In this document: positions 9,960-19,315 of the stretch, piece by piece
Position numbering within the stretch: position 1 is the first letter of the stretch
Layout of the letters: every line of letters starts with the position of its first letter
NCBI GenBank assembly: GCA_017936285.1
Contig: JAGBFU010000082.1
Location: forward strand, 66,650-130,649
DNA from: Marinifilaceae bacterium
GTDB lineage: Bacteria; Bacteroidota; Bacteroidia; Bacteroidales; Marinifilaceae
Direction: 5' to 3'
DNA: 64,000 nucleotides
Notes under the pieces: generated by a model
The model's database searches: none
Told to the model about the DNA's origin: nothing
The model's input: the letters and a program-made list of their open reading frames with translations, nothing else
Position numbers and translations under genes: made by a program

Positions 9960-12368
9960 TTATTTATCCTCTTTGCTCTCTTCAAGTTTTAGCTTATTAA
10001 CATCCATATCACTCTCATACTCCATAATCTCCCATAGAGGCTCAGTCTTGAATATCTTACGGGCAACACTCTTCTGCATTGTTAAAAGTAGAGCCGGCAA
10101 CAGAATCAGATTCGACACCATTGCTGCGAAGAGAGCTGAACAGGTCAATACACCCAAAGCCAAAGTTCCTCCAAAATCAGAGAGGCAGAAAATTCCAAAA
10201 CCGCACAAAAGTATAATGGAGTTGTAAATCACACTCTGACCGGTTTCACGCAGAGATCTTATCACCGATGTTGACATATTCCATCCATAACTCTGCAACT
10301 CCTGTCTATACTTGGCCAGGAAGTGTATTGTTGAGTCTACGGTAATTCCAAAAACAACACTGAACACCAACACCGTTGATGCCTTGATTGGCACGCCGAA
10401 GAATCCCATAATTGCAGCAATAACAATCAGTGGTATCATATTTGGAATCAGGGCTATGAATACCATCCTCTTACTTCTGAACATCAGCGCAATAAAACCT
10501 GAGATAAGCACGATTGCCAACAATACCGAACTGAACAGGTTATTTATCAGATACTCATTTCCACGGAAATGTATGATACTTGAACCGGTAACCTTGACAT
10601 CATACTTCTCTGGCGGGAATATCTCTGCCGCCGTAGCATAGACAAATGCCTCCTTTTCTGCCATTCGTTTGGTTCCAATATCCTTAACTCTGAAACTCAA
10701 ACGGGCAGTCTGCTGGGTGCTGTCAATAAATGATTGAGCATACGAATTAAAACCTCCGCCCTCGCCTACACTATTACCCATATATCTCATGATAAAATTC
10801 TTGGTGGTATTTGTAGGCAATTTGTAATATGAACTCTTTCCATTGTAAAAGGCCTGGTTAGCAAACTTTGCAGCAGCAACCAACGAAATTGGTTTGGAAA
10901 TATCCTCATCTGCAGTCAAACGCTCGGAGAGAGTATCCAGCTTTCGCAAATTTAAGACACTCAACACCTGTCTTGGTCTTTTTGTATCCACAGTAACCTC
11001 AAGTGGCATCAATCCGTCAAAATTCTCCTCAAAAAATGCCAGATCCTGTTTGATAGGATCGTCATCCTGAAGGTCATCAACCATATATCCTGTAGTCTTC
11101 ATTAGACTAACTCCTATTCCGCACAGAAAAACCAAAAGTATTGTTGACAGGTACACCACATGTCTGTGACGTAATATTGCTCCGGTCAGTCGTTTCAAAC
11201 TCTTGGAAACAATAGGATTATCAAGATGCTTGATATGCTTTGTGTCGGGAGCAGGGAGATAACTGAAGATTGTCGGTATCAAGATTATTGAAACCACAAA
11301 AATCATAATTATACTCAACAGAGCAACCTCGCCAAACTCAACCAAAACCCTGCTGGAGGTAATCATAAAGGTTGCAAAACCTGCAGCTGTAGTAAGATTT
11401 GAAAATAATGTAGCAGTACCAACCTTGCTGACAATAGCCTTCAAAGCATGTATCTTATCACCCTTCTTCATGTAATCGGCATGGTACTTATTGATCATAT
11501 ATACGCAGTTCGGGATACTTATGACTATAATCAATGGCGGCAGCATTGCTGTCAACAGGGTAATCTTAACTCCCAGTATTCCCATAAAACTAAGTGTCCA
11601 CAATACACTTATCATTACAATACATGAACAGAAAAATACCACTCTGTATGACTTGAAGAACAGGTACAAAACAATATTAGTAATAAGCAGAGATAGGAGT
11701 ATGAAGAGGTACATCTCAGCCTTAATCATCTCAGCATTTACCACTCGGATATATGGCATTCCCGAATAACGGATCTTCACATCATATTTATCGGCAAACT
11801 CTTCAGAGAAAGCCTTTAATGACTTTACCAGATTGACTCTTTCGGGCGAGGCCATTACGTCGGCACTAACCGTGATCATCATGGCGTAGGTGCCACTTTT
11901 TTTGTTGATCAGCATCCCATCATAGAAGGGCAGATTCTCTACAATATTAACAAGAGAATCCAACTCCGCTTTCGTCTCTATCTTATCGGGGAATATTGGG
12001 GCAACGGTAAATTTATTAGCCTCGCTATCCTTATTCAGATTGAAGGTATGCGTAATAGAAACCAATGCAGATACACCATTAACGGACATAATATTACGCT
12101 CCATCTCCAGCCAGTCATTTATCTTATCCAGTTCATAGAAGTTACTATCCTGAACTGCCAAAACAATAACATTACCCTCCTGACCGAAAGTCTGTCTGAA
12201 CTCCTGATACATTATGTATGCAGAGTCGGTACGAGGCAAGAGATCAGCACTCTCGTACGACATCTCAACTTTAAAAATCTGGGTAGAGACTAACAATGTA
12301 CACAATAGGGTTCCTATTATGTATTTTAATCTGTTATTTAACAGACTATCCGCAAATTTGCCCCACAT
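9960..12368 (-). CDS. MMPL/RND-superfamily exporter (COG1033-like, two SSD-type 6-TM bundles)
   Basis: 802-aa ORF with two hydrophobic blocks separated by large soluble loops. The N-terminus (MWGKFADSLLNNRLKYIIG...) is typical of Bacteroidota MMPL family transporters. Confidence 0.8.
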   Translation of the reverse strand: MWGKFADSLLNNRLKYIIGTLLCTLLVSTQIFKVEMSYESADLLPRTDSAYIMYQEFRQTFGQEGNVIVLAVQDSNFYELDKINDWLEMERNIMSVNGVSALVSITHTFNLNKDSEANKFTVAPIFPDKIETKAELDSLVNIVENLPFYDGMLINKKSGTYAMMITVSADVMASPERVNLVKSLKAFSEEFADKYDVKIRYSGMPYIRVVNAEMIKAEMYLFILLSLLITNIVLYLFFKSYRVVFFCSCIVMISVLWTLSFMGILGVKITLLTAMLPPLIIVISIPNCVYMINKYHADYMKKGDKIHALKAIVSKVGTATLFSNLTTAAGFATFMITSSRVLVEFGEVALLSIIMIFVVSIILIPTIFSYLPAPDTKHIKHLDNPIVSKSLKRLTGAILRHRHVVYLSTILLVFLCGIGVSLMKTTGYMVDDLQDDDPIKQDLAFFEENFDGLMPLEVTVDTKRPRQVLSVLNLRKLDTLSERLTADEDISKPISLVAAAKFANQAFYNGKSSYYKLPTNTTKNFIMRYMGNSVGEGGGFNSYAQSFIDSTQQTARLSFRVKDIGTKRMAEKEAFVYATAAEIFPPEKYDVKVTGSSIIHFRGNEYLINNLFSSVLLAIVLISGFIALMFRSKRMVFIALIPNMIPLIVIAAIMGFFGVPIKASTVLVFSVVFGITVDSTIHFLAKYRQELQSYGWNMSTSVIRSLRETGQSVIYNSIILLCGFGIFCLSDFGGTLALGVLTCSALFAAMVSNLILLPALLLTMQKSVARKIFKTEPLWEIMEYESDMDVNKLKLEESKEDK

Positions 12369-12457
12369 ATCCTTGCTATTAATTTTGAAAAATCACTCTT
12401 TTAAACCTTTTTAGGTATTTTCACATCTACCAAGAGGCAAAATTACAAAATTTTCAG

Positions 12458-12465
12458 TATTTTTG
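12458..12465 (+). promoter_or_regulatory. Bacteroidota -7 promoter box (TAnnTTTG) for tRNA-Arg
   Basis: TATTTTTG lies 10 nt upstream of the predicted tRNA 5' end. Confidence 0.45.
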
Positions 12466-12475
12466 CGAACAAATT

Positions 12476-12547
12476 GGTTGCGTAGTTCAATGGATAGAAT
12501 AGAGGTTTCCTAAACCTTAGATTCGGGTTCGATTCCCGGCGCGACTA
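12476..12547 (+). tRNA. tRNA-Arg (anticodon CCT)
   Basis: The cloverleaf was folded by hand and is 72 nt with no encoded CCA. Acceptor stem is GGTTGCG/CGCGACT, D stem GTTC/GAAT and anticodon stem GAGGT/ACCTT. The anticodon loop is TT-CCT-AA and the T arm is TCGGG-TTCGATT-CCCGG. Confidence 0.9.
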
Positions 12548-12571
12548 CAAAACTATATTCCTACAACACAT

Positions 12572-13546
12572 ATGTACACATTTAAAGAGTTGCGCGACAT
12601 TATTCAAAGAGAATTGGATCGTGCTGATTATGTGGAGTACCCGGAGCAACTGTTTGAGCCGGTTCGTTATTTGATAGCAGATAGTGGCAAACGCCTGAGA
12701 CCGGTAATTGCCCTTATGTCGTACAATCTTTTCCACGAAGATATTACACCCGCACTTAAAAGTGCAATCGGTATTGAAATTTTCCATAACTATACTCTTC
12801 TACATGATGACGTTATGGATGATGCACCAATACGCAGAGGTTTACCAACCGTTCACCAGAAATGGAATAAAAATGTAGCCATTTTAAGTGGCGATGCCGC
12901 TGCGATTGTTGCATATCAGCATATTGAACATTGCGAAGATAAATATCTGCGAAAGGTAATCACCTTCTTCAACCAGATGGCAATGGATATATGCAAAGGT
13001 CAGCAACTTGATATGGAGTTTGAGACCCGCAACGATGTTACCGTTGATGAGTACATTCGCATGATTTACTGGAAGACCTCGGTACTTCTTGCAGGAAGTA
13101 TGCGTCATGGAGCTCTGATTGCCGGTGCAAGCGAGGAGATATACAATGCTCTGTACGATTTGGGTGGGAGCTTAGGTCTGGCTTTCCAATTACAGGATGA
13201 TTATCTGGATGTATACGGCGATGAGGCAACTTTCGGAAAGCAGATCGGCGGAGATATTACAATCAACAAAAAGACCTTTATGCTTATCAAGGCCCTCGAA
13301 CTGGCAGATGATGAGCAGCGCGCAGAGTTGCAATACTGGATCTCGCTGAAAGAGTTTGATAAAGCCGAGAAAATTCAGGCAGTAACTGCACTGTATAATG
13401 CTATTGGTATTAAAGAGATTGCATTGACCGAAATTGCCAATTACCTTGTGCAGTGCAAAGAGATTCTAAGAAACATCCCTATCGAAGAGGAGAGGAAGAG
13501 TGGTTTTTATGAGATGATTTCGCTTCTTGAGGGAAGAAATACTTAA
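12572..13546 (+). CDS. polyprenyl (isoprenyl) diphosphate synthase family protein
   Basis: Both Asp-rich motifs are present (LLHDDVMDD and QLQDDYLDV). Confidence 0.88.
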   Translation: MYTFKELRDIIQRELDRADYVEYPEQLFEPVRYLIADSGKRLRPVIALMSYNLFHEDITPALKSAIGIEIFHNYTLLHDDVMDDAPIRRGLPTVHQKWNKNVAILSGDAAAIVAYQHIEHCEDKYLRKVITFFNQMAMDICKGQQLDMEFETRNDVTVDEYIRMIYWKTSVLLAGSMRHGALIAGASEEIYNALYDLGGSLGLAFQLQDDYLDVYGDEATFGKQIGGDITINKKTFMLIKALELADDEQRAELQYWISLKEFDKAEKIQAVTALYNAIGIKEIALTEIANYLVQCKEILRNIPIEEERKSGFYEMISLLEGRNT

Positions 13547-13551
13547 CTGTA

Positions 13552-13977
13552 ATGGAGGATAAACAACTATTGTTAGATAAACGCTATTTGCGAATGGCAA
13601 AAATATGGGCAGAAAACTCATATTGCGAGCGACGTCAGGTAGGTGCCCTGCTTGTCAAAGACAACTCCATTATATCGGACGGATATAATGGTACCCCATC
13701 TGGTTTTGAAAATATTTGCGAGGGCGAGGACGGCAAGACAAAACCCTACGTTCTGCATGCCGAAGCCAACGCCATAACAAAAGTTGCCAAATCCAACAAT
13801 AACAGCAACGGAGCCACTATATACGTTACAACAGCACCATGTATTGAGTGTGCTAAGTTGATAATTCAAGCCGGCATCAAGCGGGTTGTCTTTTCTGAAA
13901 TGTACAGATATGATGATGGAATAGAGCTGCTTAAGAGAGCCGGAATAGATGTAAATTGCATAGAGAATGAGATATAA
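13552..13977 (+). CDS. deoxycytidylate (dCMP) deaminase, ComEB-type
   Basis: Zn-binding motifs HAEANAI and PCIECAK are present in a 141-aa protein. Confidence 0.85.
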   Translation: MEDKQLLLDKRYLRMAKIWAENSYCERRQVGALLVKDNSIISDGYNGTPSGFENICEGEDGKTKPYVLHAEANAITKVAKSNNNSNGATIYVTTAPCIECAKLIIQAGIKRVVFSEMYRYDDGIELLKRAGIDVNCIENEI

Positions 13978-15580
13978 AAATAGTAAATACATAATAGTAA
14001 TTCCAATAATCATAGCTGTCTCCTTTTGGGCAGGTATGTTCGTAAACAAAACCAACTACTCAATAGAGTCGGTACTGAGTGGAGGCGTTCAACACACTAT
14101 GCCTACAAACAAAATTGGGGCAATTATGAATATGATTCATACCTCGTATGTTGATTCGGTGAATGTCGATTCATTGGAAGAGAGTGCTATTAACCATCTC
14201 ATTAAAGAACTTGATCCGCACACTGCCTATCTTACAGCAAAGGAGATGGAGAAAGCCAATGAAGAGCTGGTTGGCAATTTCGGAGGAGTAGGCATCCAAT
14301 TCTACTCATTTCAGGATACCATTGTAGTTGTAAATGTCATTAAAAACGGCCCATCCGAGCGAGCAGGTATTTTGTCCGGCGACCGCATCATTAAAGTTGG
14401 AGACACTGTCGTTGCAGGTGTAAAGTATAAGACCGACAATGCTATGAAGCTTATGCGCGGAGAGATTAACACTGATGTTCAATTGACAATCTTCCGTAAA
14501 ACAACCGGCGACACTCTTGTAACAAAAGTAACACGAGGTTCTATTCCGGTCAGCAGTGTTCCTGTATCATATATGATGAACGATACCCTGGGCTTTATCA
14601 AAGTTGACTTCTTTGGAATGCAGACCTATAACGAATTTATTGACGGAGTCAACAAACTGCTTCGCCAGGGTATGACACATCTTATTGTTGATATGCGAGG
14701 CAATGGCGGAGGAGTTATGTCTATTGCCGTCCGTATGGTAAATGAGTTTCTACCAGAAAACCGACTGATACTCTACACTCAAGGCAAGAGCGTCCCACGC
14801 TCGGACTACAAATCAAATGGACGAGGGGTTTATCCCGAACTTCCATTGACAGTTCTGATTGACGAAAGCAGCGCATCTGCAGCCGAGATCTTCGCAGGAG
14901 CCCTTCAGGACAATGACCGTGCTCAGATCATCGGACGACGCTCATTCGGAAAGGGTTTGGTACAGGAACAGTGTGTTCTGCCTGATGGCTCTGCTCTGCG
15001 TCTGACAATAGCTCGTTATTACATCCCTTCCGGCAGATGTATTCAAAAACCATATGAATTGGGAGAGGATGGTAAGAAGGACTACTATATGGAGCTTATG
15101 ACACGCATCGAACATGGAGAGTTCTATCAGGCTGACAGTGTTAAGTTCGATGAGTCTCAAAAATTTGAAACTCTTGGAGGCCGAACCGTATATGGCGGAG
15201 GAGGTATTATGCCGGATATATTTGTACCTGCCGATACAACAAACTATACAGACTACCTGTATGAACTTGTATCCAAACAGCACATATACAACTACACATT
15301 TATCTTCATGGATAAACACCGCTCTGAGTTGGTTGGAAAAGTGGCAAATTGGCAAGAACTTCAAGAGTACCTTAAGCAATTTGATCTGGTCGCTGATGTA
15401 GTTGCCTATGCTAAAAAGAGTGGGGTCCCGGTAAACAGAAAAGAGCTTGAGGAGTCACGCCACATTATCCGCATAATGACAGAGGCACACATCGCTCGCC
15501 ACCTGTTTGATAATGAGGGATTTTATCCCATATATGACGAAATCGACACAACCCTGCAACAGGCGATTGATCTTATCTGA
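13967..15580 (+). CDS. S41 family C-terminal processing peptidase
   Basis: It has an N-terminal anchor, a PDZ region (GILSGDRIIKVGD), and S41 blocks (LIVDMRGNGGG, SASAAEIFAGALQD, GKGLVQ). It overlaps the upstream gene by 11 nt. Confidence 0.88.
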   Translation: MRYKNSKYIIVIPIIIAVSFWAGMFVNKTNYSIESVLSGGVQHTMPTNKIGAIMNMIHTSYVDSVNVDSLEESAINHLIKELDPHTAYLTAKEMEKANEELVGNFGGVGIQFYSFQDTIVVVNVIKNGPSERAGILSGDRIIKVGDTVVAGVKYKTDNAMKLMRGEINTDVQLTIFRKTTGDTLVTKVTRGSIPVSSVPVSYMMNDTLGFIKVDFFGMQTYNEFIDGVNKLLRQGMTHLIVDMRGNGGGVMSIAVRMVNEFLPENRLILYTQGKSVPRSDYKSNGRGVYPELPLTVLIDESSASAAEIFAGALQDNDRAQIIGRRSFGKGLVQEQCVLPDGSALRLTIARYYIPSGRCIQKPYELGEDGKKDYYMELMTRIEHGEFYQADSVKFDESQKFETLGGRTVYGGGGIMPDIFVPADTTNYTDYLYELVSKQHIYNYTFIFMDKHRSELVGKVANWQELQEYLKQFDLVADVVAYAKKSGVPVNRKELEESRHIIRIMTEAHIARHLFDNEGFYPIYDEIDTTLQQAIDLI

Positions 15581-15607
15581 TATAAATAACAAAACTGTCT
15601 CAAATCA

Positions 15608-15641
15608 CGAGGGTGCCTAACAAATTTTTTAGACACCCTCG
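15608..15641. terminator. bidirectional terminator hairpin at a convergent junction (member of the GGGTG.CTAACAA hairpin family)
   Basis: CGAGGGTGCCTAA / TTAGACACCCTCG form a stem with an 8-nt loop. Confidence 0.7.
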
Positions 15642-15658
15642 TTAAACAACTTCTTTTC

Positions 15659-16534
15659 TTATAGTGCATTCAAACTCTTGATTGCATCATCCAGTAACTT
15701 GGATGTTCCTATACGGAACAAATCGGGAGTAATCCACTCCTCGCCCAGTATATAACTGACAATAGAGCGATACTTTAAGGCAGAAACGGTAGTTGAAACA
15801 CCTCCTGCCACCTTAATACCTACCTTCTTGCCATAGAGCTCATAATAGTGTCTGGCTGCCGATGCCATAACATAAACCGCCTCTGGAGTTGCATTGACAG
15901 CCACCTTACCTGTTGAGGTTTTTATAAAGTCAGCTCCGGCATGCATAGCTATCAGCGAAGCCGTGAAAATCAACTTCAAATCATTCAACTCTCCAGTTTC
16001 AAGGATAACTTTCAACTTAACTCCGTTACACTCGTTACGTAATTCACATAACTCCTGGAAGACCTCCTCATATCTACCCTCTATCATCTTGCCGACAGGG
16101 ATAACTATATCCACCTCATCTGCGCCTGACAGAATTGCCATTCTGCACTCCATTCTCTTAACCTCGAAGAATGTCTGTGACGCAGGAAATCCGGCAGCCA
16201 CTACTGCACACTTGATACCTGTTCCCTGCAATCCCTTGCTGACAATTGACGCATAATTCGGGAATACACAGATGGCAGCCGGACGCTCCTCTATTCTTGA
16301 ACACTTTGAATTTAACGCATAAACGAACTGCTCCACAGACTCCTCGGTATCGCGAGATGTCAATGTGGTATAATCCATACATCTGATACAATCCTTTATT
16401 CCTTCGGGAGTATATTGTAATTTGAGACCTCGTTCAATAACACTCTCAATGTCAAAGCGGGCTCTCTCCTCAATTCCGTCAAAAACAAATTTCTCTAAAA
16501 TAGTAACAATTCCTTCCATGATAATTTGATTCAA
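15659..16534 (-). CDS. deoC: deoxyribose-phosphate aldolase
   Basis: DeoC-type TIM barrel with the Schiff-base lysine context (ADFIKTSTGK). Confidence 0.85.
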   Translation of the reverse strand: MNQIIMEGIVTILEKFVFDGIEERARFDIESVIERGLKLQYTPEGIKDCIRCMDYTTLTSRDTEESVEQFVYALNSKCSRIEERPAAICVFPNYASIVSKGLQGTGIKCAVVAAGFPASQTFFEVKRMECRMAILSGADEVDIVIPVGKMIEGRYEEVFQELCELRNECNGVKLKVILETGELNDLKLIFTASLIAMHAGADFIKTSTGKVAVNATPEAVYVMASAARHYYELYGKKVGIKVAGGVSTTVSALKYRSIVSYILGEEWITPDLFRIGTSKLLDDAIKSLNAL

Positions 16535-16605
16535 AATCTAACCACAAATGTAATTAAAAATATCGTTAAAATAATTACCTTTACAATTGAAAAAAGGTTC
16601 AAGAT

Positions 16606-19203
16606 ATGGCAGTGAAAGATAGTAAAGAGACCCCCCTGATGAAACAGTACTATGCAATGAAATCAAAGTACCCTGATGCACTGATGTTGTTTCGTATGGG
16701 AGATTTTTATGAAACATTTGGCGAGGATGCAGTCAAGACAGCAAAGATTCTTGGCATTACCCTGACACACAGAAACAGCGGTAACCCGGGATCAAGCGAA
16801 TTGGCCGGATTCCCACACCATGCAATTGACACCTATCTGCCCAAATTGGTCAGAGCGGGGCTGCGCGTTGCCGTATGTGAACAACTTGAAGATCCCAAAA
16901 AGACCAAAACGCTGGTCAAACGCGGTGTTATTGAACTTGTTACCCCGGGAGCATGCTATGGGGACTATGCAACAGACACCCGCACCAACAACTTCCTGGC
17001 TTCGGTATATTACAAAAAGGGAGAGACGGCACTTGCACTGCTTGACCTTGCAACCGGAGAGTTTCTGACAACCGAAGGTACAGAGAATGAAATAATACAG
17101 TTAATTAACGGATTCTCGCCCAAAGAGGTCATCTATCCAAGAGGAAGCGAAGAGAAGTTTGAGTCCCTGTTTGGATCTAAATTTTACAAATACCCTGTTG
17201 AGGAGTGGTTCTTTGACTCTTCGTCGGGACGAGAGCGCCTCCTTAGGCAATTAGGAGTCATCTCACTTAAAGGCTTTGGTATCGAGGAGATGAAGATGAG
17301 CATCTCTGCGGCAGGGGCAATACTTGGCTATCTGGAATTAACAAAACATGACTCAATACAGCACATAACATCTATCTCAAAGATTGATCAGGCATCGCAC
17401 CTGTTACTGGATAAATTCACGCTGCGGAACCTTGAGATTGTATATCCCGCATTTGAAGGAGGAAGTTCATTGGCCTCAATAATTGACAAATGCGAAACAC
17501 CTATGGGTTCAAGAATGTTGCGTAGATGGTTATGCATGCCTCTAAAATCCCCACAGGAGATTGCCAAACGTCAAGGCATTGTAACCGCCCTATACTCGGA
17601 TTCCGATATTTCAGAGGAGTGTGGTGACAACCTCCGTAAAGTAGGCGATCTGGAGAGATTGGCATCGAAGATTGGAGTTGGCAGAATTTCTCCTCGGGAG
17701 ATGAATCAGTTAAAAGAGTCGCTTGCAACGATTCCTGCAATAAAGGAGATGTGCACGAAGAGTGAATCTCCTGAATTGATGGCTATATCGGAACAGTTGA
17801 TTCCCTGTAACTCGCTTGTTGAGAGTATTTGTTCTAAACTCAAGCCCGACGCACCCACGATGCTCAACAAAGGCAATGTCATAGCCGAAGGGGTATCTGC
17901 CGAACTGGATGAGTTGCGCCAACTTTCAATCAACGGCAAAGAGTTACTCCTGCAGATGCAGCAACGCGAAATTGAGGCAACAGGAATTCCAACTCTGAAA
18001 ATTGGCTTTAACAACGTATTCGGATACTATATAGAGGTATCAAAGAGTTATCGTGACAAGACTCCGGAAAACTGGATTCGAAAACAGACTCTGGTAAACG
18101 GAGAGCGCTTCATAACTCCGGAGCTAAAAGAGTATGAAGTCAAAATTATGGGAGCCGAGGAGAGGATTTCCGAATTGGAGAGTGAAATATATAACAATCT
18201 GCTCTCTGAGGCAGGGGGATATATCAAACATATCCAGGCCAATGCCCACACCTTGGCAACTCTTGACGTACTTACCTCATTTGCAAAATGTTCAAGACAA
18301 TACAACTATACAAAACCGATTGTCGATGACTCAGACATCATTGATATTAAAGAGGGACGTCACCCGGTAATCGAACAGATACTGCCTCCCGGAGAGGAGT
18401 ACATATCAAATGATTTACTGTTAAATCAGAGTGATCAGCAGATTATTATCATAACCGGCCCTAATATGGCTGGAAAATCGGCTTTTCTACGTCAAACAGC
18501 TCTTATAGCCATACTGGCTCAATGTGGTTGCTATGTACCTGCCAAATATGCCAGAATTGGATACCTTGACAAAATATTTACAAGAGTGGGAGCCTCGGAC
18601 AACATATCGCAAGGAGAATCAACATTTATGGTTGAGATGAACGAGGCCGCCTATATTCTAAACAATATATCAGACAGGTCGCTCATACTTTTTGACGAAC
18701 TTGGACGAGGGACCTCTACATACGATGGAATCTCTATTGCATGGGCAATAGTTGAGTCTCTGCACGAGAATCCTAAACATCGTGCCAAGACACTTTTTGC
18801 TACCCACTACCACGAATTGAACGAGATGGAGCGCTCATTCAAAAAAATCCGGAACTTCAATGTATCGGTGAAAGAGTTGGGAGGCAAAGTAATCTTCCTA
18901 AGAAAACTGATTCCAGGAGGTTCCGAACACTCATTCGGTATTCAGGTTGGAAAGATGGCCGGACTTCCTGTTTCTGTTACCCAACGTGCAACAGAAATCC
19001 TGAAACAGTTAGAGAGTGGCAATAAAGAGAAGGACATGAATAGTGTTGCAGATAAACGTGAAGGGCTCCAGCTAAGTTTCTTCCAGCTTGATGACCCTAC
19101 CCTGCGCCAAATCCGCGATGAAATCATCAATATAGATATCAACAACCTTACTCCGGTAGAGGCTTTGAACAAACTCAACGACATTAAGAAGATATTGGGA
19201 TAA
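16606..19203 (+). CDS. mutS: DNA mismatch repair protein MutS
   Basis: 865-aa ORF with an N-terminal mismatch-binding block (TPLMKQYYAMKSKYPDALMLFRMGDFYETF) and Walker A (GPNMAGKS). Confidence 0.97.
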   Translation: MAVKDSKETPLMKQYYAMKSKYPDALMLFRMGDFYETFGEDAVKTAKILGITLTHRNSGNPGSSELAGFPHHAIDTYLPKLVRAGLRVAVCEQLEDPKKTKTLVKRGVIELVTPGACYGDYATDTRTNNFLASVYYKKGETALALLDLATGEFLTTEGTENEIIQLINGFSPKEVIYPRGSEEKFESLFGSKFYKYPVEEWFFDSSSGRERLLRQLGVISLKGFGIEEMKMSISAAGAILGYLELTKHDSIQHITSISKIDQASHLLLDKFTLRNLEIVYPAFEGGSSLASIIDKCETPMGSRMLRRWLCMPLKSPQEIAKRQGIVTALYSDSDISEECGDNLRKVGDLERLASKIGVGRISPREMNQLKESLATIPAIKEMCTKSESPELMAISEQLIPCNSLVESICSKLKPDAPTMLNKGNVIAEGVSAELDELRQLSINGKELLLQMQQREIEATGIPTLKIGFNNVFGYYIEVSKSYRDKTPENWIRKQTLVNGERFITPELKEYEVKIMGAEERISELESEIYNNLLSEAGGYIKHIQANAHTLATLDVLTSFAKCSRQYNYTKPIVDDSDIIDIKEGRHPVIEQILPPGEEYISNDLLLNQSDQQIIIITGPNMAGKSAFLRQTALIAILAQCGCYVPAKYARIGYLDKIFTRVGASDNISQGESTFMVEMNEAAYILNNISDRSLILFDELGRGTSTYDGISIAWAIVESLHENPKHRAKTLFATHYHELNEMERSFKKIRNFNVSVKELGGKVIFLRKLIPGGSEHSFGIQVGKMAGLPVSVTQRATEILKQLESGNKEKDMNSVADKREGLQLSFFQLDDPTLRQIRDEIINIDINNLTPVEALNKLNDIKKILG

Positions 19204-19213
19204 CTACTAAAAC

Positions 19214-19249
19214 TAAGGGGTGTCAAACGAACTGATTTGACTCCCCTTA
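19214..19249. terminator. bidirectional terminator hairpin at a convergent junction
   Basis: AAGGGGTGTCAAA / TTTGACTCCCCTT form a stem with one mismatch. Confidence 0.65.
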
Positions 19250-19315
19250 ATAGTAGATATTGTATCACAATTGGTTTCCAATAGCAAGAGTAATGACACA
19301 TTAGCGTAACTGGGA

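Noticed and set aside
9910-10227. 105-aa + strand ORF at the 3' end of the MMPL gene.
   Set aside because: It overlaps the well-supported minus-strand exporter and starts inside the partial repeat and terminator region, so it is a shadow ORF.
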